Assembly (NCBI RefSeq): GCF_030144855.1
Contig: NC_082725.1
Span: 17,732,001-17,796,000, forward strand
DNA length: 64,000 nucleotides
Direction of reading: 5' to 3'
DNA from: Hypanus sabinus
Lineage: Eukaryota
Shown here: piece by piece, positions 12,765 to 26,100 of the stretch
Layout of the letters: every line of letters begins with the position of its first letter
Numbering within the stretch: position 1 is the stretch's first letter
Program-made: the position numbers and the translations under genes
The notes under the pieces: model-generated
Databases searched by the model: none
What the model was told of the DNA's origin: nothing
The model's input: the letters and a program-made list of their open reading frames with translations, nothing else

Positions 12765-13078
12765 TACATTTCTATAGTGGGAGAGTCTATGACAAGAGGG
12801 CACAGCCTCAAATTAGAAGGATGTCTCTTTAGAATAGAGACAAGGAAGAACTTCTTTGACAAAAGGGCAGTGAATCTGTGGATTTCATTGCCACAGACTG
12901 CTGTGGGTATATTTAAAGCAGAAGGTGGTAGGTTCTTGATTAGTGAGGGTCCCAAAGATCATCAGGAGAAGGTAGGAGAATGGGGGTTGAGAGGGATGAT
13001 AAATCAGCCGTGATGCAATGCCAGTGTAGACTCAAAAGGCCAAATGGCCTAATTCGGCTCCTATTTCTTATGGTCTTA
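12765..13078 (+). mobile_element. CR1 3' fragment
   Basis: VGESMTRGHSL..NFF..AVNLWISLP followed by a CR1-type 3' UTR. Confidence 0.8.
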
Positions 13079-15214
13079 TAAAGAAAATAAAGCAATGTAA
13101 AGGGAGGAGGAAAAGAATATTTGAATAAACCAGTTACACTAAAGTCAGAGATAACTAAAAGAAAAATAAACAATTTCTTCGAGAATGAAGGCTCAATTCT
13201 TTTAAGAGCTAGACTATACTGTTTGCTTTCAGTACCTCTACTCAACACTTAGTTGATCCACAGTCAGTTCATAAAAATGGGACAGAGAATGATTGAATTG
13301 GTGGATAGAACGCAGACAGTATAAGCACCATTCACGAGCTAGAAATTGGCAAGAAATTTCACTCAAACCTGAATGGCATTCTGTGCTGTGACTAAAATAA
13401 CCAGGTTCAAGAAGTTAGCTATTGCAGTTCTGACAACACTGAAGAATGTTTTTGGAAAGCTTCTGGGAGGTTCTTCCTCAGGGTACACTTCACCGTTGAT
13501 TGAATTGATGCATCAGTGAAGAAAGGCAATTTAGTTTTCACACTGCAGCAAGAAAGTTTGCATAGTTCGAAGAGAGCTTACATGGGAAATAAGATATTCC
13601 ATTTGTTTTGAAATTACCTGTGTGTTAATGCTCTTGTGTGAAACCTTATTATGTGATATCTGAATAAGTGTATCAACATGTTTATTTTAAGTGGATTTGC
13701 TGATTTTATGAAACAAGAAAAAGGTCATAAAAGGCATATTTGCTGCACTTTAGAACTATTACAATATCCCCACCATTTGGAGCAGCCTGCTAATATTAAA
13801 ATCACAGATTTATTTATGTATTTCTTTACTAGTACTGGGCGGCTTCAGTTAAACACAAGAGATTCTCCTGATTAAAGGTCTCAGTCCAAGACATCATTTA
13901 TTCCTTTCCATAGATGCTGCCTGGCCTGCAGAGTTAGTTCAGAATGTTGTCTGCGTATCTTCAATTAAATTCTTGGGTACAGAAGATTTCCTGGGCATGT
14001 ACACAAAGAAAATAATAAAATTATCATTGTGATTCTCTATGCTTAGTTTTACACTACAATCAGGTGATAATTGCAGGCTGGTTCAATGAGGGGAAAATCA
14101 TCCCACCATTGCTGAAAATAGTTTACCCCAGCGGTTTATTGAAAACTTTTTTTTGATTATTTTCTGACCTTATAATTATATCCTTATGCTAGCTCTGGTT
14201 TTACTTTTTCTTTATGGGAATTGAATGCCATTGGAAGTTTTGGCAGTTGTTTACATTCCTGTTTTTTCATAGAACTGAGGATAAAGCTAAAGTCAACTAC
14301 AGTACATAGATGTGTCTGGAGTCACGTTTTGGACAGTTGGCTAAGGATGGCAGATTTCCATTCCTGAAGGGCATTAGTGAACAATGTGTAATTTTGCACC
14401 AATCCCCTGGTTCTGTATTTGCCATTACCTTCTTCTCAAAAATAGTCCAAGTTTATTTAATTACTTGTGATTCATTCCCCAGCTACTATGATAGGACTTG
14501 ACCTCATGCTTCTGAAGTCAATGAACTACCAAGTCCACTGCTAGCCCAGTAAGTGAAATAATATGCCAGCATGTAATCCAAACTACAAAATACAAGGTAC
14601 TAAGTGTAAACCAGAAGTTCAATACTTTTTGTACTGAGAGTTCAGTTCTGGAAATCCAAATACACTACTCCAAATGGCTTTGCTATATCAGCTTGTTACA
14701 TTCTCAAAAAACTTTAATAAAGCTGTCAAACATTACTTTCATTTTGTAAAGTCATATAGATTCTGCTTGATGTAATCTTGCCACTACTATCTTATTAATG
14801 GATTCCTGCATTTTTCAGGCAAAAAGCAGTCGTGTGGGTGGACCAGAGCAAGCCACTCAGCCACTGAGAAAACTGAGACAATTGGCAAAGCCATTCCCTA
14901 ATACAGTCAGTTTTCAAACCTGTGAAAATCTATGAATTGTTTCTGAACGTTCCTGATATTTAGAAGCATGCAGAAATCATTAAAAATGTAAATAAATAAA
15001 AATGTTTATGTAAATACTGACTGATTAGCAAATACCAATCAAAGTCAAAGTAAATTTATTACCAAATTATTATAAATTTAATATCAAACCATTTGTCACC
15101 ATAAGCTACCTTAATATTCATTTCCTTTTGAGCATTCACGAGAAAATAAAGAAATGCAATAGAATTTATGAGAAACTATGCATAAATAAAGACTGATAAA
15201 CAACTGATGTGCAA

Positions 15215-17810
15215 GAGGTTCTGGTTAATTGGGGCAGACAATTTGAACAAAACAAAATTAAATAAAGAAAATAACCGGGATTCTTTTTGTTTGTTTGGGA
15301 CACTATGCCACTTAAGTAGGACAGGAGTCAGTCAGTCACATGCACTTGTGTGGCTGTTAGACACTACACTATGCTTAGAGCAAACAACTATGTTAGTTGC
15401 TTCTGCTTGTGCTATGTTATCAATTTGGGCCGACAAACACCAATTCAAAAAACAATGATTCTTGATCATTTTTTTATTTTGATGTCAAAATATTTTTTGA
15501 AATCCTCAGCAAGATGCCACAAAAAGATTTGACACTAGCCCAAAAAGTTACCCTACTGGACTAAATTAAAAGCCATCTGCTTAACACCACTCAGTGTCAG
15601 CTAGCAGAGACAACGGCAGTGCCAAAAGCTGCAATAGCACGCTATATCTCACAGACACACTATGAGAAAAATGGGCATTATGTGAGGGAAAACAGGGAAA
15701 ATCCCAAAAACAAAAGTGTGAAGGTGTAGCGATGTGCTACACACAGAGCTAGAAATAACAACACACAGTCTGTAAGTTGCACTCCAGACTAGTTTATTCA
15801 AACTTCGTGGCGCTGGCTTTTACGCAGTTCCGTTCCCACCCTCTCCAGGCGGAAATGACGTCTGAGGTGCATTACAAAAGTCTCTTCCATGCTTGGGCTT
15901 TCTCCCCTAGAAGAAGGCCCAGCGCTATTTTGGGGCTGGCCTCTCTGCCGACGCACACGCCATTTTGTGAGCCCGTTCGCCTGCGTGGAAAGTCAGTCGC
16001 CACAAAGCTAAGGATCCAGATGTTGAAGATGCCCTCAGTCAATGGTTTTCCATTGTACCTAGATGAGGTGTTTGTTACATTGGACCAATATTAAGAAACA
16101 AGCCAGAGGAGTCTGCTAAGAAACTGATTTGTTTCTTAGATGGCTGGTTATCTCAATGAAAACAAAGGCAGCACATTACATTTAGGAAAACGCATGACGA
16201 GAAAGGTAGTGCTGACGTTGAAAGTACAGAAACCTGGAAATCTACAAAACTCCCCGACCTGCTTCAAAAATTTTGTGCAGATGATATCTACAATATCAAT
16301 GAAACCAGCCTTTTTTCTATCATGCCATGCTGGACGATTCCCTTTGCTACAAACATGCAATGCTATCAGGCTCAAAGAAAGCAATGAATGGCATATCTGT
16401 GTTGTGTTGTTCAAAGATGTCAGGAGCTGATGAAAAAATGTTGTTGGTTTTTGGGAAAAGCATTAAACCTCAAAGCTTTAAGGGGCTAAGAATGGATAGT
16501 TTACTGATTGGTCACTATCCTAGTAAGGATGCATGGACGCCTTACAAATTTTTCAGAAATAGCTGATGAGTTGGAATATGGAGCTACAGCAGAAACTAAG
16601 CAACATTCTGCCTGTTAACAATTGAGCAGCACATGCTAATGTAGACTGTTTGAGAAATGTCATCATCATTATGTGCCGTGTCATATGATGTTGTTCTTGG
16701 CAAGTTTTTCTACAGAAGTGGTTTGCCATTTCCTTCTTCTTTTCAGTGCCATCCAGCTGGAATTTCTGCCTGCCTATACAACATCCTTGTTGCAGCAATC
16801 AGATGGGAATTATATTAAAAACATTAAAGCGGTTGTATCACAGAAAGTTGCTGAACCACATTCTCAAAACAATTGAGGAATATCTATTGACATCTTCTCC
16901 AACAGCCAAGGAAGTGAGTGAAAGGGTTAACCTTTTACAGGCATTACAGATTTTCAGTGATGTTTGGCAAGAATTAAGCAGCAAGATAATTCAGAACTGT
17001 TTTGCTCACTGCAGTTTCAAGCATTCAGGTTTAGAGATGCCAGAAACTGGCAGGAGTGAAAATGAAACTTCACTAATTCAACAGGAATTAGTGAAGTAAG
17101 GAACTACGAAGGTTACAATTAAAATGAAGATTTGGAAGATGGAATCATCAAAAACATTGTATCAAAACACCAAGGTGGGAATATGAGGATGACGCAACTG
17201 AACCTACACAGGATGACAGGAAATTTATTGTTGCATTATTGCATTATTTCATGCAGGAAGGCAATGACGAAAATCCATTATCTGCACTAGGTGTCAACTC
17301 TGATTCTCTTCTTTTACAGTCAATCAAAAGAACACACCAGCATTCACTGGATTAGTTCCTCCGCCAATAAAATGACAGTGAAAATGAAACAAGTTCACAA
17401 CTTCAACATGCTAAAACTATGAAGAATTTGAAAGTATGGACAATCATCTTCAATGTTGCAATAAAAATGAAGACTTGGAGGATGCAGTCATCGAAAGCAT
17501 TGTTTGAAGGCAGTCCATTATCTGCACTGGATGTCTACATTGACTTTGTTAATTTACAGTCAATCAAAAGAATATACCAATGTACACCGGATTAGTTCCT
17601 CTTTCAATAACTATTAGGAACTAATACACAGTTTTATAGTACTGTAGTAATATTGGTAGTGTTCTAATTAATTCTGTATTTTATTTAAGTACATGATTTG
17701 TTACTTAGTTAAACAGTAGTTTATTAAACTGTTTCCATGAAACTTCAGTTAATTGGGGCTGCCAGAATGTACTGGTCCCAATGAGTCCCAGTTTACTGGA
17801 ATCCACTATA
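15215..17810 (+). mobile_element. Tigger/pogo (CENP-B/Jerky-like DDE_1) DNA transposon fossil
   Basis: KDPDVEDALSQWF, SGADEKMLLVFGKSIKPQSFK, FLPAYTTSLLQQSD, VWQELSSKIIQNCF; TIR-like TTCTGGTTAATTGGG / CCCAGTTTACTGGAATCCAC. Confidence 0.85.
15725..16004 (-). mobile_element. 280-bp solo LTR nested in a Tigger element
   Basis: TGTAGCGA...TCGCCACA termini; AAGG/AAGC 4-bp TSD; AATAAA on the minus strand; CpG-rich. Confidence 0.75.
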
Positions 17811-18364
17811 TACTGAGAACAGCCAGTATATAGTTGTAGAATAATAACTGTTCCTGAACATACTCTTTTCCCTCTTAGACATTTTACTCCATTGAAAGGA
17901 ATGCATTTGCTTTCTGACAATGCACAGACGGAAAGGGAGGATTTCCCATAGTACACTTTGAAGCAAATTTGAGTTCCACTGCTGGGGCAAAAAAGTGTTC
18001 AATGTCAGAGCACAAAAGGTGAGAAATGGACTGAGTGTTCATTTGGGAGGCCCAAACTTCCTGACATTTAAAAAGAAAAATCCAGCAATTTAGTTCAGAA
18101 TTTTCAATGCTTCCCAGCAAGTTCAAGCCAAAATGTATTCTTTGAATCGTTATCCTTGGTCTGTGATTATCATCAGATGTGATTTTCTTTCAATTTGCTT
18201 CCTACATTCCCATAACCCTGTTCCACTGTTGTATAATTAACTGGACTAAGATCTACAGGAGGGCATTGGAACAATATAATTACCTTCCAGCCCGCTAAAA
18301 CACTGCTTGAATTTGCTTAACACTTTACCACAACAAATGTATCTTAAAGTGCTGAAAAACACAA

Positions 18365-19690
18365 GAATCAAAATCAGGTATAATATCACCAGACTGTGAA
18401 ATATGTTGTCTTTGCAGCAGCAGTATAATGCAATATATAATAGAAAAAAATGTGAATTACAAGAAGTAATAGTTAAATTAGTTAAGTGGTGCAAAATTAG
18501 AAATATTGAAGTATCATGGACAGGAATGGAGGGTTATGGGCTGAGTGCGGGCCAGTGGGACTAGGTGAGTGTAAGCATCGCCATGGACTAGAAGGGCTGA
18601 GATGGCCTGTTTTATGGTTATATGGTTAAGTAGTGAGGTGGTGTTCATGGGTCCAATGTCCATTCAGAAATCAGATGCTGGAGGGAAAGAAGCTATTCCC
18701 AAATCATTGAGTGTGTGCCTTCAGGCTTCTATACCTCCTTCTTGATGATCGCATTCAGGACTAGGCATGACTGATGTCACCTTTTTGAGACATCGCTCCT
18801 TGAAGATGTCCTGGATCCTGTAGAGGCTAGTGTCCATGGTGGAGCTGACTGAGTTTACAACTCACTGCAGCTTATTTCAATCCTGTGCAGTAGCCACTGT
18901 CCCCCCTAACCAGATGGTAATGCAGCCAATTAGAATGCTCTTCATTGTACATCTGTAGGAATTTGCAAGTGTCTTTGCTGACATACCAAATGTCCTCAAA
19001 CTCCTAATGAAATATAGCCGCTGGTGTGCCTTCTTTGTAGCTGCATTGATAAGGTGTGTCCAGGACAGATTGTCACAGATATTGACATGTAGGAACATCA
19101 AGTTGCTCACTCTTTCCACTTCTGATCCCTGTATGAGACTGGTGTGAGAACCTCATCTTACCCTCTCCACCTCTGATCGTCCGACGAGGACTGGCTCATG
19201 GACCTTTGGCTTCCTCTTCCTGAAATTAATAATCAGCTCCTTATTCTTGCTGATATTGAGCAAGAGATGGTTCTCGTGGCACCACTCAGACAGATTTTCA
19301 GTCTACCTCCTATATGCTGATTTGTCTCCACCTTTGATTTGACCAATGACAGCGACATCATCAGCAAACTTCGATATGGCATTGAAGCTATGCTTAGCCA
19401 CACAGTTATAAGTGGAAAGTGAGTAGAGCAGGGGGCTAAACACAAAGCCTTGTGGTCCACCTGTGCTGATGGATGTTGTGGGGGAGTTATTGTTGTCAAT
19501 CCATACTGACTGGGGTCTGCAAGTGAGGAAATCAAGGATCCAATCACACAAGGAGGTGTTGAGGCTTCTAGCTTATTGATTAGTTTTGAGGGTATAATTA
19601 TATAGAATGCAAAGCTGTAATCAATAAAGAGCATCCTTTTGTATGCACCTTTGTGTTTTATGATCCATAAGCAATTCTGCTCCAAGAACA
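18365..19690 (-). mobile_element. Rex1/Babar-type LINE fragment (RT to 3' tail) with a nested short CR1 tail at about 18510-18627
   Basis: [63 protein letters not shown]; CCTGATT(C)TGATTC tail. Confidence 0.85.
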
Positions 19691-20349
19691 TCAAATACTG
19701 CAGGGTTGCTCCAAATGTGAGCTGCGTATTGATGCAATAGCTGGACTGGTGTTGGTGGCAGAACTGGCCGAGGGGTCGAAGGAGCTGGTCAGGACGTTGG
19801 GGGAGCCCTGTGGGATATCAGAAGACCTCACCAATGTATCGGAGAAGCCGGTTTGGATATGGAGGAGCTGACCTGGCTGCAGAACATGTTGCTGCCCCTA
19901 CTCGGAGTTGGTGCAGTATAACCATGGGAGATGGTCTCAAATTTCACTTGCGATTGCAAGATTCTGTTGGATATTGATAATGTAAGTTGACACAGGTCTA
20001 TTACCCTTGTCTGGTGGAGGGACAGTCGACATGGGAGCTATGTAGCCACAGTCATGGCGAGAACTAGGCCTCATGCCTCAGGCTTGTGTGATACTGTAGA
20101 CCAGGTGAGAGATGCAGAAGCACTACAACGTGGTTGAGCCCATCTGGGGCCTCACCTCGCCTCGCCCATCGGTGCTGCCCTCCCATCTTAGAGTGGTGGA
20201 GTGACAGGCTGGATTGCGTGTGTCTGTACACTGCCGGGAGACTGTACCATCAATTGCTGGACATTGCCACTCAGGGTGTTAGAATATATATGCTTTCATT
20301 TCAAGTGAATATTCTTCTTTGCTCAATATTTTGAATTACGTTGCTCGCG

Positions 20350-20905
20350 GTCACAGGCAGAGTAGTTGCCATCCTAATCTTTTATGCAGCCAGGTAGAAT
20401 GCTTTCGATGGTGGAGCAATAAAAATTGGTAAGGATCGACAGCATCATGCCAAATGTCTTTTGCCTCCTAATGACCTAAAGGCTTTGATTTGTTTTCTTG
20501 GCTGTGACATCAATATGGTTGGACAAAGAGAGATGGTGCTTGCTCCCAGGAACTTGTTCTCAACCTTCCCAACCTCAATACTGTTGACGTAGACTGAAGC
20601 ATGTGTACCTTCTCAAAGTCAATAGCCAGCCCTTTAATTGACACTGATGAAAATATTGCTGTCATGACACCATGTCATTAAAGTCTCTCTCCTTTATTTA
20701 CTCTGACTCTTCATTATCTGAGATGTTGTCCACTGAACTGGTAATATCTGCAAACTCGTAGATGAAGCTAGAGGAGAATCTGGCCTTCCGGTCTTGAGTA
20801 CAGAGGGAGTAGGGCAGGATGCTGAGGACAAAACCTTGTGGAGCACCAGTGTTGCTGCTATCCTCACTGATTGTAGCCTGTTGGTCAGGAAGGCAAGGAT
20901 CCAGT
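20350..20905 (-). mobile_element. Rex1/Babar-type LINE relic
   Basis: NTGAPQGFVLSILPYSL..EFADI. Confidence 0.65.
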
Positions 20906-22242
20906 GGCAGAATAAACACTGAAATGCTATTTATTCTGATTGGAAAGAGACTGATCATCAAGGTTAAATTCATGAATGTAGTAAGGGAAAAGGTTAAAGA
21001 CATTTTTTTAGGCAGAATGTATCTTGGAGTTGTTTTTGAGACAGTTACCATTGTACCTTTTTAAGGGAAATGTAGTTAAGGATTTGAGTGAAGACAAAAG
21101 GCTGCGAAAAAGTAGGTCATTGAGATTATGTTGGATTTGGTAGAACAAAGAGCTAATACAAGGATGTACAAACAACTCATGCTCCCTGCAGGACTCTATC
21201 CTGTTGTCAGAAAGTCAGGGTTCAAGTCACACACCAGGAACTTCATTGCAAACACATATTTAAGAGTGCTTGACATCTTATGGTAATAGAGTAAGGAAGT
21301 TATTCCCAGTGTTCATTCTTCAACCCAGTATCAATAAGATGAATCACCCGGTCATTATGATGCACTGATTTGGGAGTCTCCATTAAGTGAAAATTGATTG
21401 CAATTTTTTCCTACAATACAACAGTATTGATCTCCAAATGTATTTCATTGACAGATGCAGAAGAAAAACACAAATACAAGGTTCTTTCGTTAATTTTACA
21501 CTACTTATTTACTTTAAATTTTATATATATTGTATAGGAATATATTTTTTATTATGTATTGAAATGTACTGAAATGTAATGCACATCATATGCCAGTGAT
21601 ATTAAACCAGATTCTGATTTCCCCTTTGCACTAAAAATGTCTTTGGATAGTTAGCAAATGAAAAATTAAAATTGGCAACACTGAATACTTAAGTCTAGGA
21701 ATAGTATGAGACCCCAGACAGATCACGGGGGGGGGTGCTGTCAATTTGATGGATGAAATGAACACTACATAGCATTTTTTTCTTGTTCCCAATATTAGGG
21801 CATTGCCAGGGGTGTCTAAGAGAACTGGGCTAAAGACATAGAAGATTTTATGGAAACATCATCGACCATACAAGTCTGGAGCAGAAGTGGGCTCACAAGA
21901 CATCTCAAGCATTTAATAAGATCACAGCTGATCAGATTGCAACCCACAGCTCAGCATTATCATTGCTCCATTGTTTACCTAGAAAACACCTCAACGAGTC
22001 CAAAGACTTAATGTCTGTATGTCTGAGTTAAAGTCCAAGGTGAGAGTCCAAAGATGATGGTCTAGCTTGGGGTAAGAGGACTGTGCATGTGTGTAGGTGG
22101 GAGGAAAGAAAGGAGCTTGTTTTGCTATTGTTTTGCTGCTTGTTGTGTTCTGGTCTGATGTGTTCCATTGTGCTTTGTACACACGCCTCTTGTGTCTTCA
22201 AAGTTCAAAGGAAATTTATTATCAAAGTACATATACTGTATA

Positions 22243-22921
22243 AAAACACAAAATGCTGGCAGAACTCAGCAGGCCAGACAGCATCTATGGGAGGAGGTAG
22301 TGATGATGTTTCGGGTCAGGAGTGAAGTAACATGGGATGGTGAAGAGGGGATAAGAAGTGGGGGGAGGGATGAAGTAGGGAGCTGGGAAGTGATAGGCTG
22401 GAGGGAAATGGGCTAGGGGGAAGGTGGAGAATTATGGGAAATAAAAGAGAAAGAAAGGTAGGGCTGGGGGGAGATTATAGTGAGGGGGGGGAAAGAGAGA
22501 GAATGAGAACCAGACTAAAATTATAGATAAGGATGGGGGTAAGGGGGGGCAGGCGTATCAACGGATGTCTGTGAGTTGGATGTTCATGCCGGCAGGCAGG
22601 AGGCTACCCAGGCGGGAGATAAGGTATTGCTCTATTGACCCGCGTGTGGCCTCATCTTGACGGTAGAGGAGGCCATGGACAGACATGTCGGAGTGGGAGT
22701 GGTCTGTGGAATTGAAGTGTGTGGCCACAGGGAGATCCCGCCACTGCTGGAGGACTGAGTGCCGGTGTTCGGCAAAACGGTCTCCCAGTCTGCAGCGGGT
22801 CTCCCCAATGTATAAACGGCCACATCGGGAGCACCGGATACAGTACCATCCCAGGCCCCAGACAGTCCTTTCAGGTGAGGCACCACTTCACCTGCGAGTC
22901 AACTGGGGTGATAGACTGTAT
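22243..22921 (-). mobile_element. Penelope-like element 3' part: GIY-YIG endonuclease, pyrimidine-rich UTR, hammerhead-type terminal repeat; 5' segment inverted
   Basis: Minus 22845-22558 reads YCIRCSRCGRLYIGETRCRLGDRFAEHRHSV...HFNS..HSHSDMSV..EQYLISRLGSLLPAGMNI* (open frame missing from the ORF track). Confidence 0.88.
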
Positions 22922-23104
22922 GCTTAGGGGCTGTGTGAGTTTGTGAAGGTGCCTCCATTTTTTGTTGGTCAAATCAAGCATAAAAAGCACTGGGCTCAGC
23001 TGGGAATGAATCCTATGTCACTTGGTTTCACTTTGTACGAGGTGATAGCACAGCAGTCGAGCATCCTTCAGTGATTCAAGTTGGGTCCAGAATTGCCACT
23101 TCTC

Positions 23105-26100
23105 ACATAGAGCCATAGAGTCCAACAGAAAAACAGCACAGAAACAGGCTATTCAGCCCATCTAGTCCATGCCAAAACCATTTAAACTGCCTACTCCCAT
23201 CAACATGTACTAAGGCCATAGCCCTCCATACCCCTATCATCCACGTACCTATCCAAACTTCTCTGAAAAGTTGAAATCGAGCTCGCATACACCACTTGTG
23301 CTTGGAGCTCATTCCACACTCTCATGACCCTCTTTGTGAAGAAGTTACCCCTCACTTTCTCCTTAAACTTCTCACCTTTCACCCCTAACCATGACCTCTG
23401 GTTGTAATTCCACCCAACCTCAGTGGAAAAAGCCTGCTTACATTTACCAATCTATACCCCTCATTATTTTGTCTACCTCTATCAAATCTCCCCTCATTCT
23501 TCTATGTTCTAAGGAATAAGGTCCTAACCTTTTCAATCTTTCTTTATAAATCAGGTCCTCCAGACCGGCAACATCTTTGTAAATTTTCTCTGCACTCTTT
23601 CAACCTTGTTTACATCTTTCCTGTAGGTAGGTGACTACATATAATACTCAAAATTAGGCCTCACCATGTCTTTTACAACTTCAATATAACGTCCCATCTC
23701 CCGTATCTGAAAACATTGATTTCTGAAAGCCAATGTGCCAGAAGGTTATTTACAGTTCTATCTACATGTGACATCACTTTCAATAAATTATGGACTTGTA
23801 TTCCCAGATCCCTTTATCTACCACAGTCCTCCATTCACTGTGTAAGCCCACCCTTGCTGGTCCTACCAAAGTGCAAAGCCTCACATTTGTCTGCATTAAA
23901 TTCAACCTGCCACTTTTAAGCCCATTCTTCTAGAAGATCACTCTACAGGCTGTGATAGCCTTCCTCGCCGTCAACTACACCCCAATCTTGCTGTCATCCA
24001 CAAATTTGCTAATCCAGTTGACCACATTATTATCCAGATCATGACAAACAACAACTGACTGACCACACACAAAGCCATTCTGAATAACCTTAGTCCACGT
24101 CTATCCAAATACTTATATATATATCCAGTCCCTTAGAATACATGCCAATGACTTTTCTACAACTGTCCAACTTCCCAGCCTATACTTCTCTGGTTTATGT
24201 TTACAGCTTCTTTTAAACAGCAGGAAAATGCAGGTTACCCTCCAATCCTCTGGTACCTCTCCTGCCACTAAGATTGATTTAAGTATCTCTGCTAGGCACC
24301 TGGCAATTTCTGTGCTTGCTCCCACAGAGTCAGTGTGAACACCTTGTAAGACCCTGGAAATTTATTCACCCTGATTTGCCTCAGTATAACAAACACCTCC
24401 TCGGTAATCTGTATAGGATCCATGAAGTCGGTGGCACTTTGCCTCACTTCTATAGACTCTGTGTCCATTTTCTGAGTAAATACAGATGCAAAAGATTTAT
24501 TTAAGATCTTACCCATCTGTTTTGGCTCATCACATTAATTGCCATTCTGATCTTCCAAGGGACCAATTTTGTCCCTTGCAATCCTTTTGCTCTTAACATA
24601 CCTGTAGAATCCTTTAGGATTCTCCTTCTTATTGCCTGCTAGAGCAACTTCATGCCTTCTTTTAGCCCTCCTGATTCCTTTCTTAAGTCCTCTCTTACAT
24701 TTCTTGTACTCCATAAGTACCTCTTTTATTCCTACCTGCCTATACCTGTTATGCACCTCCTTTTTTACTCGTAATCAGAGCCTCAATATCTCTCGAAAAC
24801 CAAGGTTCTCTACATCTGTTATCTTTACTTTTTATTCTGACAGGCTCATACAAGCTTTATACTTTCAGAATTTCACTTGTAACATCCTCCCACTTACTAA
24901 GCACACCTTTGCCAGAAAACAGCCTGTCCCGATCCACACTTGTCAAATCATTTCTGATACCATCAAAATTGGCCTTTCGCCAATTTAGAATCTCAACCCA
25001 AAGACCAGAACTATCTTTATGCATATTTACTCTTAAACTAATGGCATTGTGATCAGCAGATACAAAGTGTTCCCTTACACAAACTTCTGTCAGCCGCCCT
25101 GTTTCATCCCCTAATAGCAGATCCAGTATCGCACGCCGTCTTGTTGGGACCTCTACATACTGATGAAGGAAACTTTCCTGAATGCATTTGGCAAACTCTA
25201 TCACATCTAGTCATTTTACAGTTTGAGATTCCTAGCCAATATGTGGAAAGTTAAAATCACCTACGATAACAACCTTGCAATAGCCTGTGATCGTTTTACA
25301 AATTTGTTCCTTTAAATCCCTAGCACTGTTGGATGGTCTGTAATATAGCCCCATTAATGTGGTCGTACCTTTCCTATTTCTCAGTTCCATCCATTTCAGC
25401 TCACTAGTCAAGTTCTCCGGTCTGTCCTGCTAGTGCACTGTTGTGACATTTTCCCCGACTAGTAACACCACTCTTCCTCCTTTAATCCCTTCCACTCTGT
25501 CATATCTAAAACAACAGAACCCCAGAATATTGAACTGCCAGTCCTACCCCTCCTGCAACAAAGTCTCACTAATGGGTAGAATGTCTTAATTCCAGGTGTT
25601 TATCCATACTCTCAGTTCATCCGCTTCTCCTACGATACTTCCTGCATTGAAATATACACAGCTCAGAACATTAGTCACACCATGTTCAACCTTTTGATTC
25701 CTGACTTTGTCTGGGGTCTTACCAACATCCGTCTCCACAACCTCTCTACTATCTGTTCTGGCACTATGGTCCCCATCTCCCTGCATCTCTAGTTAAGACC
25801 CCACTGTGCAGCATCAGCAAACCTTCCCACTCGGATATTAGTCCCCCACCAGTTCAGGTGCAACCATCCCTTCTGTATAAGTCCCACTTTCCCCAGAAGA
25901 GAGCTCTATGATCCAAGGATCTTCTGCCCTCCCTCCTATACCTACTTCTTAGCCTCATGTTAAGCTGTATATTCCTCCTAGTTCTGGCCTCACTAACACA
26001 TGGATTGGGTAGCATTCCTGAGATCACAACCCTGGATGTCTTGCCCTTTAACTTAGCACCTAACACCCTGAACTCCCCGTGCAGAAACTCTTCATTCATT
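23105..26100 (-). mobile_element. Degenerate CR1 LINE of a second subfamily (ORF1 esterase C-terminus, ORF2 with internal deletions, 3' end)
   Basis: Fragments TSRVVISGMLP, CVYFNAGSI, NPKGFYRYVKSKR, GNFFTKRVMRVWNEL, with many stops and frameshifts. Confidence 0.9.

Noticed and set aside
16140-17099. Domesticated TIGD/JRK-like gene
   Set aside because: Multiple stops and frameshifts, a nested LTR and residual TIRs indicate a fossil transposon
17879-18018. Plus-strand exon with a good acceptor and AG|gtgaga donor
   Set aside because: All three frames contain stops; at best non-coding and unsupported
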